Positions 61,672 to 64,000 of a stretch of DNA of 64,000 nt are shown piece after piece (position 1 is the stretch's first letter; each line of letters starts with the position of its first letter). The position numbers and the translations under genes were made by a program. Source of the stretch: Thermoanaerobaculia bacterium (GTDB lineage Bacteria > Acidobacteriota > Thermoanaerobaculia > UBA5066 > Gp7-AA6); contig JBBDKM010000096.1 of assembly GCA_040879385.1 (NCBI GenBank), positions 144,150 through 208,149 of the forward strand, read 5' to 3'. The notes beneath the pieces were generated by a model that saw only the letters and a list, made by a program, of their open reading frames with translations, was not told where the DNA came from and ran no database searches.

Positions 61672-63906
61672 ATGCGCGCTATGGTCCGCCGTCTCGCGCT
61701 CTTCCTGATTCTCTGCGCCGCGGCCGGCCGCGCCGCCGGTCAGCCCTGCGAATACTGGGTGGCGCCGGCTCCGGTCGGGAACGACGGCAGCCCCGGAACT
61801 CTGGCACAGCCCTGGGCCACGCTCGACCATGCCTCTGCGAGCGTCCCGGACGACACGTGCACGGTGTTCTTTCAGGACGGCATCTACACGGGCACCCACA
61901 GTCTCTACGAGCGTTTCGCGACTCCCACGACCTTCAAGGCGCAAAACCGGTACCGCGCGGTCCTCCAGTACGCCGGCACGGTCGTGAAGCTCTTCGGCTC
62001 GAGAAACGTGATTCTCGAAGGGTTCGAGCTCCGGCACACGGGGCCCGGCGCCGGTGCGCTCGTCATGCAGGTCCAGCAGGCCGGCGGCCTCTGGGCCGAG
62101 AACGTCACGATCCGCGACAACGTCTTCCACGACTCGTACGACAACGACTTGCTGAAGATCAACAACGGCGCGCGCTTCGTCACGGTCGAGGGCAACGTCT
62201 TCTACAACCAGTCGGGCTCCGACGAGCACATCGACATCAACAGCGTCACCGACGTTCTCGTCCAGGACAACATCTTCTTCAACGACTTCGCCGGAAGCGG
62301 CCGTGCGAACGGAAACGACACGAGCTCCTACATCGTCATGAAGGATTCCAACGCCGGCAGCGACGGGCAGATCGGCGACGAGCGGATCACGGTCCGGCGC
62401 AACGTGTTCCTGAACTGGGAGGGCTCGAGCGGCTCCAACTTCGTCCTCGTCGGCGAGGACGGCATGGCCTATTTCGAGGGGCGGGCGATCCTCGTCGAGA
62501 ACAACCTGATGATCGGCAACTCCGGCAACGACATGCGCGCGGCCTTCGGCGTCAAGGGCGGGAAAGACGTCACGTTTCGCGCCAACACGGTCGTCGGCGA
62601 CCTGCCGTCTCTGGCCTACGCGTGCCGCGTCAACCAGGAGGGGGGCAACCCGATCAACGAGAACGTGACGCTGCGCAACAACATCTGGTCGGATCCGACC
62701 GGGACCATGGGCGCGGAGGCCGGCGGAGGCACCAACGAGTTCTCCGACGGCTCCCCGGCGGAGGCCACCGGCCTCGCCCTGGACAACAACCTCTACTGGA
62801 ACGGCGGCGCGGCGATCCCTCCCGGCGACCTCGTGAGCCCGCTGTCCGACGACGCCCGGAGAACGGTGGCCGATCCGCTGCTTCCCGCCGACCAGTCCGG
62901 CATCGTTCTGCCGCGCTGGACGGGGGCCGCGTTCGTGAGTGGCAGCGCGACCATTCGCGAGGAGTTCGAGAGGCTCGTCGGCCTCTACGGAACGATCTCG
63001 GGGGCAGGTCCGGCGGCCGAGGCGGCCGACCCCGCTTTCGCGCCCGCCGACGACATCCTGGGGCGGCCGCGCGGAAGCGGCCCCGACCTCGGCGCGTACG
63101 AGGCGGGGGCCGCGGGCATGGCGATCGCGCCGACCTCGGGCCATTCCTCCGGGGGGACCGGCGTCGCGATCACCGGCGCGGGCTTTGCGGCCGGCGCATC
63201 CGTGACCGTCGGCGGCGTCGACGCGACCGGCGCTTCGGTGTCGAGCGCCGCGTTCCTGACCGCGACTTTTCCCGCCCTGTCGCCGGGAACGCTGAACGAC
63301 GTGGTCGTGAGCAACCCGGATACGAGCTCGGCGACTCTGCTACAAGGTTGGTTCTCGGATTTCCTGGACGTGCCGCAGCCGGATCCCTTCCACCCCTTCG
63401 TCGAGACGCTCTTCCGAGCCGGCATCACCGCCGGATGCCATGGCGGCAATTTCTGCCGCGATGCGGCGCTGCCCCGCAAACAGATGGCCGTGCTGCTGCT
63501 TCGGTCGAAGTACGGCGCCGGACACGTTCCCCCGCCGGCCTCGGGGACGCTGTTCGGGGACGTGCCGGCGAGCGATCCTTACGCCGCGTGGATCGAGGAG
63601 CTGGCCGGTCTCGGAATCACGGGCGGGTGCGGCGGCGGAAACTTCTGCCCGGAGAGCCCCGTGACCCGCCGCCAGATGGCGGCCTTTCTCCTTAAGACCC
63701 GCGAAGGAAGCGCGCACGTCCCGCCCCCGGCCGCGGGCCTCTTCGGCGACGTGCCCGCGGCCGACCCCTTCGCCCCCTGGGTCGAGGAGCTCTATGGGGA
63801 GGGAATCACCGGGGGCTGCCAGGCTTCGCCTCTCCTCTACTGCCCGCACAACCCCAACACCCGCGGGCAGATGGCGGTGTTCCTGGTGAAGGCTTTCGGG
63901 CTGTAA
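61672..63906 (+). CDS. secreted right-handed parallel beta-helix protein (putative polysaccharide lyase/hydrolase) with IPT/TIG domain and C-terminal 3x SLH-like module
   Basis: Signal peptide [24 protein letters not shown]. Beta-helix rungs appear as repeated N-x-(I/V)-x-x-N segments ([49 protein letters not shown]). An IPT/TIG-like segment ([30 protein letters not shown]) precedes the SLH-like module. Confidence 0.85.
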   Translation: MRAMVRRLALFLILCAAAGRAAGQPCEYWVAPAPVGNDGSPGTLAQPWATLDHASASVPDDTCTVFFQDGIYTGTHSLYERFATPTTFKAQNRYRAVLQYAGTVVKLFGSRNVILEGFELRHTGPGAGALVMQVQQAGGLWAENVTIRDNVFHDSYDNDLLKINNGARFVTVEGNVFYNQSGSDEHIDINSVTDVLVQDNIFFNDFAGSGRANGNDTSSYIVMKDSNAGSDGQIGDERITVRRNVFLNWEGSSGSNFVLVGEDGMAYFEGRAILVENNLMIGNSGNDMRAAFGVKGGKDVTFRANTVVGDLPSLAYACRVNQEGGNPINENVTLRNNIWSDPTGTMGAEAGGGTNEFSDGSPAEATGLALDNNLYWNGGAAIPPGDLVSPLSDDARRTVADPLLPADQSGIVLPRWTGAAFVSGSATIREEFERLVGLYGTISGAGPAAEAADPAFAPADDILGRPRGSGPDLGAYEAGAAGMAIAPTSGHSSGGTGVAITGAGFAAGASVTVGGVDATGASVSSAAFLTATFPALSPGTLNDVVVSNPDTSSATLLQGWFSDFLDVPQPDPFHPFVETLFRAGITAGCHGGNFCRDAALPRKQMAVLLLRSKYGAGHVPPPASGTLFGDVPASDPYAAWIEELAGLGITGGCGGGNFCPESPVTRRQMAAFLLKTREGSAHVPPPAAGLFGDVPAADPFAPWVEELYGEGITGGCQASPLLYCPHNPNTRGQMAVFLVKAFGL
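63361..63903 (+). other. triple SLH-like C-terminal module, copy 6 (181 aa)
   Basis: Same architecture ([28 protein letters not shown]). Confidence 0.75.
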
Positions 63907-64000
63907 CGCCCGCCCATCGGGCCCGTCACCCAGGGCGCGGCGGCATGCTCCGCGGCATAACGCTTCACTTTCTGAAGGATCGCCACCTGCGTCGAGAGCC

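Overview
Very GC-rich bacterial chromosomal segment (about two-thirds G+C or more by eye, not computed). Long Arg/Gly/Pro-rich antisense and out-of-frame shadow ORFs are everywhere, so genes were called from recognisable motifs, signal peptides, RBS and ATGA/GTGA start-stop overlaps. All coordinates were counted by hand.

Content, left to right:
1. Edge of a phage-like module: three translationally coupled genes, including a small-terminase-like protein. It abuts tRNA-Ser(CGA), which is followed by two extra tandem copies of the 5' half of that tRNA.
2. An ABC-2 exporter pair, tRNA-Glu(CTC), a small secreted protein, a beta-lactamase-fold serine hydrolase and an AraC regulator.
3. A visibly lower-GC type II restriction-modification cassette: a candidate PD-(D/E)XK endonuclease convergent with a C5-cytosine methyltransferase plus Vsr.
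4. A polytopic membrane protein, pyruvate kinase and a YbaN-like protein.
5. A complete dcw operon on the minus strand, mraZ-rsmH-ftsL-ftsI-murE-murF-mraY-murD-ftsW-murG-murC-ftsQ-ftsA-ftsZ, without murB or ddl.
6. An AlkA-like glycosylase, a SurA-like PPIase, mfd, iscS and a tandem-domain thyX.
7. A lower-GC patch with a 757-codon membrane protein.
8. A decayed cyanophycin synthetase, a Ser/Thr kinase-TPR protein and a decayed M20 peptidase.
9. The most unusual part: six consecutive same-strand genes (47048-63906) for signal-peptide-bearing enzymes. They are a Pmp-like beta-helix protein, an SGNH esterase, two S8 proteases (one frameshifted), a PQQ-dehydrogenase-like giant and a second beta-helix protein. 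All six end in the same ~180-aa triple SLH-like module with a Cys-X5-8-Cys insert. The locus shows clear nucleotide-level traces of module exchange and holds an orphan 3' module fragment.

A second recurring oddity concerns the dcw operon. Four of its five non-overlapping gene junctions are filled by a short tandem heptanucleotide array, and one array encodes a 14-codon linker ORF.

The taxon cannot be determined here. A high-GC diderm such as Acidobacteriota or Myxococcota is only a guess.
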